Source: Arsukibacterium sp. UBA3155
GTDB taxonomy: Bacteria > Pseudomonadota > Gammaproteobacteria > Enterobacterales > Alteromonadaceae
Assembly: GCF_002364615.1 (NCBI RefSeq)
Contig: NZ_DEYP01000026.1
Coordinates: 54,488 to 118,487, forward strand
DNA: 64,000 nucleotides
Direction of reading: 5' to 3'
Below the pieces are notes generated by a model. The model searched no databases. It worked only from the letters and a program-made list of their open reading frames with translations, and was not told the origin of the DNA. Of the stretch, positions 1-12,976 are shown piece after piece. Positions within the stretch are counted from its first letter, which is position 1. Every line of letters begins with the position of its first letter. Made by a program: the position numbers and the translations under genes.

Positions 1-2
1 AT

Positions 3-665
3 GTGATGCTGGGCTTTGGTGCCGGCGTTATGCTGGCCGCCTGCATGTTCTCTTTAATTGTACCCGCGTTGTCGTTACTGGAGCTTAGTGGGGCCTCTGT
101 CTGGCGCAGTTCGGGCAGTGTGGCGCTGGCAATTTTGCTGGGCGCCGCCGTTATGCTGCTGGTGGAGCGGTTGGTGCCGCACCAGCATTTTATAAAGGAC
201 GAAGACCGGGCGCGTGGCTTAAAATTACGCCGCAGCTGGTTATTTGTATTCGCTATTATTTTGCATAATCTGCCAGAAGGTCTGGCAATCGGCGCTTCTT
301 ATGCCAGCGGGGATATCGCTGCAGCAACTGCTTTAGCGACCGGAATCTCTGTCCAGGACATACCGGAAGGACTGGTGGTTGCCATGGCGTTGCTAGCAGC
401 CGGTTATAGCCGCACCCTGGCGGTGGGTATGGCTGTGTTATCGGGGTTAACCGAACCGGTTATGGCGGTGATTGGCGCTGCGGTATTGGGTGATTCCAGT
501 GTATTACTGCCCTGGGGGTTGGCTTTAGCAGCGGGGGCCATGTTATTTGTTATCAGCCATGAAATGATTCCGGAATCACATCGGCAGGGACATGAACTAC
601 CGGCTACCACTGGCCTGATGCTGGGCTTTGTGCTGATGATGTTGCTGGATACCGCGTTGGGCTAA
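3..665 (+). CDS. ZIP family (GufA/ZupT-like) divalent metal transporter, 5' part lies outside the window
   Basis: Multi-TM protein with ZIP signatures HNLPEGLAIG and QDIPEG plus SHEMIPESH; the ORF starts at the window edge. Confidence 0.9.
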   Translation: MMLGFGAGVMLAACMFSLIVPALSLLELSGASVWRSSGSVALAILLGAAVMLLVERLVPHQHFIKDEDRARGLKLRRSWLFVFAIILHNLPEGLAIGASYASGDIAAATALATGISVQDIPEGLVVAMALLAAGYSRTLAVGMAVLSGLTEPVMAVIGAAVLGDSSVLLPWGLALAAGAMLFVISHEMIPESHRQGHELPATTGLMLGFVLMMLLDTALG

Positions 666-716
666 CCAGTACTTTCTGCCTGCAAACCACAACCGACACA
701 TTTTATTACAATCGAC

Positions 717-738
717 CGGCCTGCTATGCAGGCCGTTT
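717..738 (+). terminator. Probable intrinsic terminator after the ZIP gene
   Basis: Stem CGGCCTGC-tat-GCAGGCCG followed by TTT. Confidence 0.55.
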
Positions 739-824
739 GCTTGCCTATTGATAATGTTTTTTATTACATTGGATATTATAAAATTTCACATTTATCCGAA
801 TAAAACAAAAATACAGGTACCCTA

Positions 825-3701
825 ATGAAAAAGTTATTTGTTATCAGTGCTGTAGCATTGGCCGTGCTGACAGGTTGTGCCGCAGAGCGCAATGCAGTAA
901 CCACAGAGCAACGCGTTCAGCAACAAGTACCCGGTAAGGTACTGGTGAGCCCTAATGACGAGCGGCAATACAAAACCCTGGTGTTGCCAAATAAACTGGA
1001 AGTGATTCTGGTGTCTGATCCCACTACTGAGAAATCAGCGGCGTCACTCAGTGTTGGGGTTGGTTTGTTGCAAGACCCGATGACCCAGCAGGGTATGGCG
1101 CATTACTTAGAACACTTATTGTTTATGGGAACAGAGCGCTACCCCGATCCTGCCTCTTATAATGGCTTTATGTCGCAAAATGGTGGTGCTGCCAATGCAT
1201 ACACCTGGTTGGATATTACTAACTACATGTTTCAGATAAATAATCCGTCATACGATGAAGCATTGGATCGTTTCTCTGATTTCTTTAAAGCTCCGCTATT
1301 GTTACCGGAGTACACCGAGAAAGAACGTAATGCCGTTAATGCTGAGTGGTCGATGCGCCGGGAAATGGACTTTTTTGGCCAGTTTAAACTTGCCCGCAGT
1401 ATGTTTGGCGCTCACCCGGCCAACCGGTTTTTAATCGGTAACCTGGAAACGCTAAGCGATAAGGAAAACAGTAATCTGCATGCAGAAACCGTTAAGTTTT
1501 ATCAGCAATATTATTCTGCCAATACCATGAAACTGTCTTTGCTAAGCAATTTACCCTTGGCTGAAATGGAGCTGTTAGCCCGCAAACACTTTGCTGCCAT
1601 TGAAAACAAAGAAATTGCCAAACCGGCGGTAAAAGATGAGCTGAATTATCACAACTTTGGCGCCAAACGCATTCACTATGTACCAAATGAAGATGTAAAG
1701 CAGCTGAAACTGGACTTTACCATCACCAATAACAGCGACGAGTTTGCGGTGAAACCCAACGAGTTTATTACTTACCTGCTGGGTTCTGAAATGCCAGGCT
1801 CGCCTGCTCAGCAGCTGAAAGCACTTGGCTTAATTTCATCGTTGTCAGCCAGTGCTGATCCGGGTGCCTATGGCAACTACGGTAACCTGACCGTTGACAT
1901 TAGCTTAACCGATGCGGGTATGGCGCAGCGTGAAGCCATTATTGCTACCGTGATGCAGTATCTGGAGTTGATTAAAAGAGAAGGGGTGGACAGTAAATAT
2001 TTCAGCGAGATCCAAACCAGTTTGGCGAACCGTTTTCGTTTTCTGGAAAAAACCGATGGTTTTGGTTATGTCTCTAACCTGGCCCACGCCATGCAGTTTG
2101 TGCCAGCTAAACATGCAGTAAATGCCGCGTACCATTACGAGAAGTTTGACGCAGCTGCGATTAACCGGGTGCTGCAGCAGCTGCAACCTGAGAATCTGCG
2201 GGTATGGTATATCAGTCAGCAGGAACCGGCAGACAGCGAGTTGTACTTCTATGATGGACGTTACAAAATTACCGACATTAGTGCAGCGGAAATGGCCAGC
2301 TGGCAGCAAAGCCCGGTAGCGACCAACTTACCGGCGGTAAACCGCCTGTTGCCTGAAAACTTTGACTTACGCAAGCCGGTGCAGGCTGATAAACCAGAAC
2401 TGGTGGTGGAAGATAAAGGGATTAAGGCCTGGTTATATCCCAGTCAGGAGTTTGCCAGTCAGCCCCGTGGCCGGGTAAGTATCTTTTTAAACAGCCCGGC
2501 TGCGCAGCAGGATATTAAGGCCAAAGTGATGTTTGCGCTGTGGCAGGATCTCTATAATTTAGAGCAAAGTGTGCTGGCTACTGAAGCATCAGTGGCAGGT
2601 ATGGATTTAAACCTGACTGATACTAATGGTTTGCTACTGAATCTTGGTGGCTTTACCGACAAGCAACCACAATTGCTGCAGCAGGCGCTGGCAGGATTAA
2701 CGCCAGATGTCACAGCCGAGCGCTTTAGCCAGGCGGTTGACCGTTATGTGCGCGGTATTCGCAATTTAGAACGGCGTTTCCCATTTCAACAGGCGTTTAT
2801 GGCGTTTAACAGTCTGTATCGCGGCGGCAACTACAACAACGAGAAGTTAGTTGCCAGTGCAGAGCAATTAACGGCAGCAGACTTACAGCAGTTTATGCAG
2901 CAAACACTGGCGAAGCATCAGGTGCGGATTTTTGCCTTTGGCAATTATAATCAGGACGATGTCAAAACGTTGGTCAACACCGTTGCTGCCGCGCTGCCGG
3001 CAGAGCGGACTACAGTGCCTTACACCCGCAGCCCGGTATGGCAGCCAGCACCAGGCCAGGTTATCAGCCTGCAGCAGGATTTAGTGGTGGCCGATGTCGC
3101 TATTGTTGATATGCATATCCATCCTGATCCGTCAGTTAAACAACTGGCGCGTGGCCGGCTGCTGCAAAGCCATTTTTCTAATAAAGCGTTTGACACCCTG
3201 CGTACCGAAGAGCAGTTAGCCTATGCGGTAGGCGGCGCCGCAGTCAGCATTGAAGACTACACCGGCTTTGGCTTATATATCCAAACCCCGGTTAAGTCGG
3301 TGGTGGATATGCAGCAGCGGTTTGACGAGTTTAAACAACAATATTGGCAGAGCCTGCAACAACTGGATAACGAGGGTTTCGAGCAGTTAAAGCAAAGCCT
3401 GCTGGTCAGTTTAAAAGAGCCGCCAAAAAATCTGCAGGAAGAAATGGCACCGCTGATCAGCGATTGGTATCAGGAGAAGTTTGCCTTCGACAGTAAGCAA
3501 AAGTTAATTGCTGAAGTAGAAAAGCTAAGCCTGCAAGACATAAAGGCCTTCTATCAGCAGACGTTGCTAAGTAACGATGCTGCCCGTATTTCAGTGCAAA
3601 TGCGTGGTACCGGTTTTAGTCAGCAACCTTTTGCAACACTCGAGGGCCAGCAGGTGATTACTGATCTGGCTGAGTTTCATCGGCAGATGAAAACCCAGTA
3701 A
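825..3701 (+). CDS. M16 insulinase/pitrilysin-family Zn metallopeptidase, probable lipoprotein
   Basis: Inverted zinc motif HYLEH; 958 aa pitrilysin-like length; lipobox LAVLTGC. Confidence 0.9.
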   Translation: MKKLFVISAVALAVLTGCAAERNAVTTEQRVQQQVPGKVLVSPNDERQYKTLVLPNKLEVILVSDPTTEKSAASLSVGVGLLQDPMTQQGMAHYLEHLLFMGTERYPDPASYNGFMSQNGGAANAYTWLDITNYMFQINNPSYDEALDRFSDFFKAPLLLPEYTEKERNAVNAEWSMRREMDFFGQFKLARSMFGAHPANRFLIGNLETLSDKENSNLHAETVKFYQQYYSANTMKLSLLSNLPLAEMELLARKHFAAIENKEIAKPAVKDELNYHNFGAKRIHYVPNEDVKQLKLDFTITNNSDEFAVKPNEFITYLLGSEMPGSPAQQLKALGLISSLSASADPGAYGNYGNLTVDISLTDAGMAQREAIIATVMQYLELIKREGVDSKYFSEIQTSLANRFRFLEKTDGFGYVSNLAHAMQFVPAKHAVNAAYHYEKFDAAAINRVLQQLQPENLRVWYISQQEPADSELYFYDGRYKITDISAAEMASWQQSPVATNLPAVNRLLPENFDLRKPVQADKPELVVEDKGIKAWLYPSQEFASQPRGRVSIFLNSPAAQQDIKAKVMFALWQDLYNLEQSVLATEASVAGMDLNLTDTNGLLLNLGGFTDKQPQLLQQALAGLTPDVTAERFSQAVDRYVRGIRNLERRFPFQQAFMAFNSLYRGGNYNNEKLVASAEQLTAADLQQFMQQTLAKHQVRIFAFGNYNQDDVKTLVNTVAAALPAERTTVPYTRSPVWQPAPGQVISLQQDLVVADVAIVDMHIHPDPSVKQLARGRLLQSHFSNKAFDTLRTEEQLAYAVGGAAVSIEDYTGFGLYIQTPVKSVVDMQQRFDEFKQQYWQSLQQLDNEGFEQLKQSLLVSLKEPPKNLQEEMAPLISDWYQEKFAFDSKQKLIAEVEKLSLQDIKAFYQQTLLSNDAARISVQMRGTGFSQQPFATLEGQQVITDLAEFHRQMKTQ

Positions 3702-3717
3702 GTAAAGATTTATCAGC

Positions 3718-3743
3718 AAAACGCAGCTTCGGCTGCGTTTTTT
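3718..3743 (+). terminator. Intrinsic terminator
   Basis: AAAACGCAGC-TTCG-GCTGCGTTTTTT just after the M16 gene stop. Confidence 0.9.
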
Positions 3744-4046
3744 ATTGGTTTTGCAAAAATAGTTTGAGTAATCACTTTAAACGCCTGTTAGCACTCACTA
3801 GCCATATCCTGTTAGTTCAGTGCCTGTTAATGCTGCGCCACTGAGCTGCCAAGTTTTCGGGCAACAGTTTATTAAAACAGCCAGCCAGTTAAAGCGCCCG
3901 GCCTGCTCCCGATGTTCCTAAAACCAGCTCTTGCGCTCAGCGACAGCTGTTCTATTTTTGTTCACTGAGTCTGGACAGCATTACCAGTCTGACGGGGGCA
4001 ATTAACGCCTTCGTTAATAAAAATAAGATAAAGACGAGGATCTGTG

Positions 4047-5114
4047 ATGAAAAAATTAAGCGGGCTGCTCAGTGCAGCTTTACTGGGCGGCTTAGCTGTC
4101 AGTTTTAATCTTGCTGCCGCTGTAGGTGGCTATCCGGTAGTACTGGTGCATGGTTTACAACCTGACCAGCTGGCCAGCCGGCCCAATGCCACTGAAGTGA
4201 GCAGCGACGGTGCGGCGTATTGGCAGGCCTACTGGCGCGATCGCGCCGATGTGCGGATTGACTGGCCGGCCCATGAGCGGGTTGCCGGTAAAATAGCCAG
4301 TGATTATGTCTGGCCGAAACTGCAGCAAATGTCACGTAACGGTACCTGCGCTAATGGTTGTATTTTTGTTTCTCATTCCACCGGTGACTTAGTAACCCGT
4401 TACCTGATTGATAACCAGGCACTGTGGCTGCAAAATGCCGGCCTGCAACCGCTGAATATTGTCGCTACCTTTGACTTTGCCGGTGCCGGCGGTGGCTCCG
4501 AGCTTGCTGATTTAGCGGTTAATGTCGCCAGCGGTTCAGGTTTAATCGACTTTACCTTACGCCTGGCGTTGGCTGCCTGGCTGGGCGAAATACCCAATGC
4601 CAGTACAGTAGGTGTGCTGAACGACTTACGGGTGAACAGTGCCCGCCAGTTGGCCGCCTTTCCTGACAGCCGGGTACCCCGTTTACGCTTTGTTGGTGCC
4701 GGCTCAGATTTCCTGGGGGCTACCGGCGTATTTTTACCGGGTGAGGATGACGGTGTCGTTGCCAGCCACTCTGCTTGTGGTGCCTCAACCGCCGGTAGCT
4801 TTAACAGTTGCTCGCGCAGTGTCGCCTTTGACGGCAAGCTGGCAAGTCAGAGCAGCGGCGTGCGTAACTTTATGCCATACCATTATCCATTGCTAATGAG
4901 CGAAGGCTATAGTCATGGTGGCTTAATTGAAAACCGGGTACAGGATGAAGTCACTGCGGCGGGCAGCAGCGCCACTTATACCAATAACGACCGCTTGCAG
5001 TTTAATACCTACGATGAAACGCGGGGCTGGTGGATTTTCAGTTCACGTTACCGGGTAGTACGTAACTCGAACAATACCAGCATGTCAGCGCTGGTATATC
5101 AGGCGGCAAACTAA
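4047..5114 (+). CDS. Secreted alpha/beta-hydrolase (lipase/esterase-like)
   Basis: Signal peptide; VVLVHG oxyanion strand; nucleophile elbow SHSTG; candidate Asp (EDDGVV) and His (YSHGG). ATG at 4047 after a GAGGA RBS. Confidence 0.75.
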   Translation: MKKLSGLLSAALLGGLAVSFNLAAAVGGYPVVLVHGLQPDQLASRPNATEVSSDGAAYWQAYWRDRADVRIDWPAHERVAGKIASDYVWPKLQQMSRNGTCANGCIFVSHSTGDLVTRYLIDNQALWLQNAGLQPLNIVATFDFAGAGGGSELADLAVNVASGSGLIDFTLRLALAAWLGEIPNASTVGVLNDLRVNSARQLAAFPDSRVPRLRFVGAGSDFLGATGVFLPGEDDGVVASHSACGASTAGSFNSCSRSVAFDGKLASQSSGVRNFMPYHYPLLMSEGYSHGGLIENRVQDEVTAAGSSATYTNNDRLQFNTYDETRGWWIFSSRYRVVRNSNNTSMSALVYQAAN

Positions 5115-5131
5115 CAGGTATGGTTTAAGCA

Positions 5132-6220
5132 GTGAAAAAAATCATCGTTTTAGTACTGGGCCTGACAGCATTGCTGTCAGGCCTGTGGTTTTTCTGGCCA
5201 GCGCCGGTGGCAACAATAGCGCCGGCTGTTGCTCCGGCAGAAGAGGCTAAGCCAATGCAGCCTGCTGCAGCGCGCGACATAGCGCCAGACAATGCCCCCA
5301 CCATTACGGTTACCGAGCGGGTACCGGAACCTATAGCAGAAAGCTTTAAGCTGATGGCCAGCGCTTATGCCAGTGAGCTTGAGTACCCTGGTTATTCAAG
5401 GCCATTAAGTCCGGATGACAGTCATTTATTAAATCCTAATAACTATGTGCCTCAACAGGTACCACTTGAGGGTGGCGCTAGTGCAGCCATCGTCTTGCCA
5501 AAGTATCGCTTCAGCTATCCTGAGCCGATACCGGTAGCTCTGCAGGTAAGTGGCTTAACCATCCATAGCGTTAGCGTGCAGCTGCATAGTGAGCAAACTG
5601 ATAAATTGCTGGCCACTGAGGCGATGCAGAACACCGCTAGTGCTGGACAAGGGGGCGCTGAACTAGGGAGTGCTGAACAAAACTGGCAGGTCGAGCTGGA
5701 GCCGGAAGATAACTGGGATGGACCGCTGGAAGTCAGCATTACCTTTAGTGCTAATGGCCGTGAGCAAACCCTGAAAACCGGTTTTGTCTACAGTCATCCT
5801 GTCGCTACCATTACCGGCGTCGGTTCCAGTCGTGGCGTGGGCAGCGATATGCTTATTCCGGTAAAGCTTGATGTGGAGCAGGCAGGCTATTACCGATTGC
5901 GCGCCAATTTATTTACTGAAAAACGTCAACCGCTGGCGCTACTGACGACAACTGCAAAACTAAGTGAAGGTGAAACTGAGTTGATACTGCGAGCTTACAA
6001 ACCGGTGCTGCGTCAGCAAGAAGGCCCTTATATCCTCAGCAGTTTTGTACTGGAGCGCCGGCCCGCCGTGCCCGGTGAGCTAACCCGCTATGGCGACAGT
6101 GAACAAAGCGAATATCCGCTGGAGTTTTTTTCACTCAGCCAGCTCAGCGATGAGCCTTTTCAGGCCAGCGCTGAAGATCGGCAGCGCCTGCAGTTTTTAC
6201 AGCAGATGGCTGAACAATAA
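5132..6220 (+). CDS. Membrane-anchored exported hypothetical protein, co-transcribed with the hydrolase
   Basis: N-terminal hydrophobic anchor, Pro/Ala-rich linker, beta-rich C-terminal part; 17 bp downstream of the hydrolase. Confidence 0.75.
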   Translation: MKKIIVLVLGLTALLSGLWFFWPAPVATIAPAVAPAEEAKPMQPAAARDIAPDNAPTITVTERVPEPIAESFKLMASAYASELEYPGYSRPLSPDDSHLLNPNNYVPQQVPLEGGASAAIVLPKYRFSYPEPIPVALQVSGLTIHSVSVQLHSEQTDKLLATEAMQNTASAGQGGAELGSAEQNWQVELEPEDNWDGPLEVSITFSANGREQTLKTGFVYSHPVATITGVGSSRGVGSDMLIPVKLDVEQAGYYRLRANLFTEKRQPLALLTTTAKLSEGETELILRAYKPVLRQQEGPYILSSFVLERRPAVPGELTRYGDSEQSEYPLEFFSLSQLSDEPFQASAEDRQRLQFLQQMAEQ

Positions 6221-6234
6221 ATAACGTCATTTCT

Positions 6235-6256
6235 GCAACGCCCAGCCGGGCGTTGC
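6235..6256. terminator. Hairpin after the hydrolase operon
   Basis: GCAACGCCC-agcc-GGGCGTTGC; lacks a clear U-tract. Confidence 0.4.
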
Positions 6257-6333
6257 CAATTTAATCTTGATACCGTCCCTGCCTGAATTTTCTACCGGTT
6301 TAATGCCACGACAGATTGCTGTCAAAAAAACTA

Positions 6334-6376
6334 TGTTATAGTATAACAAAACAAGCAAAAATGTTATAACATAGCA
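6334..6376 (+). promoter_or_regulatory. Two tandem Zur boxes
   Basis: TGTTATAGTATAACA (6334-6348, perfect 7-1-7 palindrome) and TGTTATAACATAGCA (6362-6376, one mismatch) match the gammaproteobacterial Zur core TGTTAT-N3-ATAACA, upstream of a His-rich TonB receptor. Confidence 0.8.
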
Positions 6377-6457
6377 ATTGCTCGCTGAGAATAATTCAGA
6401 CAACCGCAAGTGTTGCCAGCGACTGGAATAAAAACCGGTATTTTTTTGGGGATCAAC

Positions 6458-8917
6458 ATGTTTAGAAAAACCAATGTAGCCATTGTTGTTGCGGCCAGCT
6501 TACTGGCCAGCCAGGCCATGGCGGATTCTGTCTCTGGCGTGGTCACAGATGAAAACGGCAAACCGGTGGCCCGTGCCGAAGTGACTGTGGTAGGCGAAAA
6601 CCAACAGGTAGTCACCGATGCAGAGGGGCGTTTTACCGTCTCCAACTTACGTCCCGGCGAAGCCGAATTGCATATTGAAGCACGCCGTTTCGGTCACCGG
6701 AATTTCCACTTTACGGTGCCAGCAGAGGGCTTAACTGACGTTAGTCTGACTTTGCTTAGTAGCACCATAGAAGTCATTGATGTTACTGCCAGCCCGTTTC
6801 ATGCCTCGGCTACTGAGTCTTCGTTGCCGGTGAGCGTGCTGGCCGGTGATGCTTTGAAAATGAACCAGGCGTCAACCCTGGGCGATACCTTGAAAAATGA
6901 AGTAGGGGTGCATTCTAACTTTTATGGCAACGTTGCCAGCAGCCCGATTATTCGTGGCCTGGACGGCCCAAGGGTATTAATTACCCAGAATGGCCTGGAC
7001 GCCGGCGATGCGTCCCGAATTGGTCCCGATCACAGCGTAGCGAGCGAGACCAGCACCGCTACCCAGATAGAAGTATTGCGCGGCCCGGCAACCTTGTTTT
7101 ATGGCAGTGGCGCTATTGGTGGCGTGGTAAATGTGGTGGATGAGCGTATTCCTACCAATAACACCACCCGCGCCGAGTGGATGCTACAGGGAAATTCTGT
7201 CAACGACGAGAAACTGGCATCAGGTTCTCTGGTAACCGGGGTTGATAATGTTGCGGTCTATGTTGATGGTTTCTGGCGCGATAACGACAGCTACAACATT
7301 CCGGGTTTTGCTGAAGCACAGCCGGATGAAGACGCGGTAAAAGGCCGGGTCGATAATACCGCCGCAACGGCGAAAGGTTTTACCCTTGGCGGCAGCTTGC
7401 TGCTGGACGATGGTTTTATTGGTGTCTCTTATGGCCGGTTAGACCGTGAGTACGGTATTCCTGGGCATTCGCACGGTGGTCATGAAGAAGCAGGCCATGA
7501 TGAACATGAAGACCTCGATCATGAGGAACATGGCGCAGAGGAAGAGGTATACGCCGATTTAACTCAAAACCGGTTGCAGCTGCTAAGCGAGCTTAATTCT
7601 GCAACAGGTTTTATCCGCTCGGTTAACACCAAACTGGCTTTCACTGATTATCAGCACGCTGAAATTGAAGCTGGCGAGATTGGTACCACTTTTAAAAACC
7701 GTAGCCATGAAGCGCGGCTTGAAATTTTACACCGAACGTTTCTGGAATGGCGCGGTGGTTTAAGCCTGCATTATAAATTCAGTGACTTTGAGGCACAGGG
7801 TGAAGAAGCCTTTACCCCGCCATCAGAAACTGAAATGCTGGCAGTGGGTTGGGTGGAAGAACGGCATATTGGCAACTGGTTGCTGCAACTGGGCGCCCGC
7901 ATTGAGCGGGTAACCCTGGACGCACCAAATGTGTTGTTAGCTGAGCTGGAAGCACACGGCCATGATGATCACAGTGACGAACATGAACATGAGCTTGAAC
8001 ATGACGAGGGCATAGAACACGCCCGGGTTTTCGAAGTAAAACAACGTTTTACACCTTATAGCTTATCAGCCGGTACCGTATGGGATTTTACTGACGGTTA
8101 TAACCTTGGCCTGTCAGTCTCGCACTCGCAACGGGCACCGTCAGCGGCAGAATTGCTGTCATTCGGGCCGCATATCAGTACATCTTCTTATGAAATTGGT
8201 GCGCTGTTTGTGCAGGACGATGAAGGTTTTGCCCTCAATACTCAACCGCTTGAACTGGAACAGTCAAATAATCTGGATATTACCCTGCGCAAGTTCAGCG
8301 GCAATACTGGCTTCGTGTTAAATGCGTTTTATAACCGGATTAATAACTACTATTACCAGCAAAATACTGGTCTGTTCGCCGAAGAACATCATGAAGAAGA
8401 GCATGCAGAGCAACCCGGTATGCCGGCAGAACCCGTTGATGAGCATGGTGAGCAACATACCGACGAAATGCCGGTTTATCTGTTCACCGCTGCTGACGTC
8501 ATCCTGCATGGCTTGGAAGCACAGTATATCTGGCAGGTTAATGATCCATTTAAACTGACTCTGCAGGGTGACTATGTGCGCGCCCGCCTGCAGAACGGCG
8601 GTGACTTACCCCGCACACCGCCGCTGCGTCTGGCCGCTGAAATCGCCTATGAGCAGGATGCAATCAGTGCTGATATCCGGGCCACCCGCTACTTTAAACA
8701 GGACAGGGTAGCTGAGCTGGAACAGCCAACCGATGGCCATACCCTGCTGGATGCCAGTGTCAGTTATCGCGTCGATGTCGGTATGCAGGAGCTGACCCTT
8801 TATCTGAAAGGGCAGAACCTGACCGATGAGCAAGCACGGGTTCATAGCTCATTTTTAAAAGACAAAGCACCCTTACCCGGCCGATCTCTGGCGCTGGGTG
8901 TAAGGGGCCGCTTCTGA
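6458..8917 (+). CDS. TonB-dependent receptor, ZnuD-like zinc uptake, with N-terminal carboxypeptidase-regulatory-like extension
   Basis: Plug motifs (SSPIIRG; IEVLRGPATLFYGSGAIGGVVN), C-terminal Phe (GVRGRF), three His/Glu/Asp-rich loops, Zur boxes upstream. ATG 6458 preferred over the ORF start 6410. Confidence 0.88.
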   Translation: MFRKTNVAIVVAASLLASQAMADSVSGVVTDENGKPVARAEVTVVGENQQVVTDAEGRFTVSNLRPGEAELHIEARRFGHRNFHFTVPAEGLTDVSLTLLSSTIEVIDVTASPFHASATESSLPVSVLAGDALKMNQASTLGDTLKNEVGVHSNFYGNVASSPIIRGLDGPRVLITQNGLDAGDASRIGPDHSVASETSTATQIEVLRGPATLFYGSGAIGGVVNVVDERIPTNNTTRAEWMLQGNSVNDEKLASGSLVTGVDNVAVYVDGFWRDNDSYNIPGFAEAQPDEDAVKGRVDNTAATAKGFTLGGSLLLDDGFIGVSYGRLDREYGIPGHSHGGHEEAGHDEHEDLDHEEHGAEEEVYADLTQNRLQLLSELNSATGFIRSVNTKLAFTDYQHAEIEAGEIGTTFKNRSHEARLEILHRTFLEWRGGLSLHYKFSDFEAQGEEAFTPPSETEMLAVGWVEERHIGNWLLQLGARIERVTLDAPNVLLAELEAHGHDDHSDEHEHELEHDEGIEHARVFEVKQRFTPYSLSAGTVWDFTDGYNLGLSVSHSQRAPSAAELLSFGPHISTSSYEIGALFVQDDEGFALNTQPLELEQSNNLDITLRKFSGNTGFVLNAFYNRINNYYYQQNTGLFAEEHHEEEHAEQPGMPAEPVDEHGEQHTDEMPVYLFTAADVILHGLEAQYIWQVNDPFKLTLQGDYVRARLQNGGDLPRTPPLRLAAEIAYEQDAISADIRATRYFKQDRVAELEQPTDGHTLLDASVSYRVDVGMQELTLYLKGQNLTDEQARVHSSFLKDKAPLPGRSLALGVRGRF

Positions 8918-8950
8918 TCCTGGCGATATAAATAAGGTATCTTAACCAAT

Positions 8951-8987
8951 AAAAAAACCGCTGCGGGTTAAGCCCGCAGCGGTTTTT
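8951..8987. terminator. Bidirectional intrinsic terminator between the TonB receptor gene and katG
   Basis: AAAAAAACCGCTGCGGG-ttaag-CCCGCAGCGGTTTTT between convergent genes. Confidence 0.9.
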
Positions 8988-9021
8988 ACTTACAGCTTTA
9001 AAGTTACTTTTTCAGATGCAG

Positions 9022-11268
<2,247 letters not shown>

Positions 11269-11443
11269 TTATAGATGGGCTTACTGTGAGCCCTAAAACG
11301 TTACCAATGACTATAGACCTGATTTTTAAACAGTTAAAGCTAGTTTTTACGGCCAGCTCAATCGGTTTTATTGATTAAATTGGCCTGGACCGCATTCAAG
11401 GCTGGAGAACAACAGCATAAAGCATGATAAGCGTCACAGCTGA

Positions 11444-12823
11444 CTATCTAAGCGTCACAAACTCTTCGGCGCTGGTCGGGTGCAGCGCCACTGTTGCATC
11501 AAAGTCTGCTTTGGTGGCACCCATTTTCATGGCTACCGCAAAGCCCTGCAGTATTTCATCCATGCCTTCACCAATGCCATGTAAGCCGACTACTTTTTCA
11601 TTTTCGCCTGCGCAAATCAGCTTAAAGCGGCTAAGCGCCCGGTGGCTGGTAATGGCGTTGTACATAGCGGCAAAGCCGGAGCGATAGACTGTGATATTGG
11701 CATCGCCATATTGTTCGCGAGCCTGGGCTTCGGTTAGCCCTATGGTACCGATGGGCGGGTGACTGAACACAATGGTTGGAATAAGTGAGTAATCCATATG
11801 GGCATCGGGCAGTGCCGGGTTAAATAAACGTTCTGCCAGTTGCCGGCCGGCTTTAATGGCCACCGGGGTAAGCTGGGCTTCACCGGTAATATCACCAACC
11901 GCATAAATGCCTTTAATATTGGTATTCTGGTACTTATCTGTGCGGATAAAGCCCTGCTTGTCGGTGGTTACGCCTGCTGCCTGCAGATTCAAATTCGCGG
12001 TGGCTGGGGCGCGGCCAATGGCCCAGATCAGGCAGTCGACCTTGGTAAACTTAATATCATTATCGCAGTAAACCGTTAACGTGCCATCGCTGTCTTTTTC
12101 GACATTCAGCACATTGGTGTGTTTGTGCAGTTGCAGTTTGTCTTGCGACATCCGTTCCAGCAGCATATCGGTAATATCAGGGTCAAAATCGCGCAGTGGC
12201 CGGTCATGGCGGATCAGCAAATGGCTGTCGCTGCCAAGAGCGTGCAATACCCCGGCAATTTCTACTGCGATATAACCGGCACCCACCACTAACGCTTTTT
12301 TCGGCTGGGTGGTTAAGGCAAAAAAGCCGTCCGAGTCGATACCATGTTCCGCGCCCGGCACATTGGGGAATAACGGCTGGCCGCCGGTAGCAATGGTAAT
12401 ATGATCGGCAGTTATCTGCTCACCGTTGACTTCCACCGTGTTGGCATTAACAAAGCGGGCGAAACCCTCAATATACTCGACGCCATTACTAGCAAAGCCA
12501 CGCTGGTAACCGGCATGAATGCGCTCAATATAGGCTTCACGATTTTTCACTAAGGTAGCCCAGTCAAAACCGTTTTCAGTCAGGTTAAAGCCGTAGTCGG
12601 CGCTATATTTAATCGCTTCAGCAATATGGGCACCGTACCACATCACTTTTTTAGGTACGCAGCCAACGTTGACACAGGTACCACCTACCGCTTTAGCTTC
12701 AATAACTGCAGCACTGGCGCCCCGCATGGCGGCCCGGTTTGCTGAGGCAATACCACCACTGCCGGCACCAATTGCCAGATAATTAAAATGCCGTGCCATA
12801 ACCTTGCCCTTATTCATTGTCAT
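11444..12823 (-). CDS. gor: Glutathione-disulfide reductase (start may be ATG 12799)
   Basis: GAGSGG FAD motif, [13 protein letters not shown] redox disulfide, C-terminal [10 protein letters not shown]. Confidence 0.96.
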   Translation of the reverse strand: MTMNKGKVMARHFNYLAIGAGSGGIASANRAAMRGASAAVIEAKAVGGTCVNVGCVPKKVMWYGAHIAEAIKYSADYGFNLTENGFDWATLVKNREAYIERIHAGYQRGFASNGVEYIEGFARFVNANTVEVNGEQITADHITIATGGQPLFPNVPGAEHGIDSDGFFALTTQPKKALVVGAGYIAVEIAGVLHALGSDSHLLIRHDRPLRDFDPDITDMLLERMSQDKLQLHKHTNVLNVEKDSDGTLTVYCDNDIKFTKVDCLIWAIGRAPATANLNLQAAGVTTDKQGFIRTDKYQNTNIKGIYAVGDITGEAQLTPVAIKAGRQLAERLFNPALPDAHMDYSLIPTIVFSHPPIGTIGLTEAQAREQYGDANITVYRSGFAAMYNAITSHRALSRFKLICAGENEKVVGLHGIGEGMDEILQGFAVAMKMGATKADFDATVALHPTSAEEFVTLR

Positions 12824-12976
12824 ATTTAATCACTATGCCAGATATAAGACTGCCGGGGGTTAAAAACAAGCTTGGTTATGCGGTAAAGCACGATAAGCCT
12901 TTGCAGGCTACCTTGACAAATGGCCGTTACAGCCCAACATAAACAACATTAACCAAAGCCATCCGCAGGACTTTTT

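Noticed and set aside
750-768. Fur-box-like sequence upstream of the M16 peptidase
   Set aside because: Only 13/19 match in AT-rich promoter DNA.
11305-11378. Possible OxyR site upstream of katG
   Set aside because: Only partial ATAG-N7-CTAT-like half sites (e.g. ATCA-N7-CGAT); the four-tetramer spacing is not met. Biologically plausible but unsupported.
11428-11459. 11-bp direct repeat (TAAGCGTCACA) of the gor terminal codons 21 bp downstream
   Set aside because: Too short and encloses no cargo; cannot be separated from chance or local slippage.
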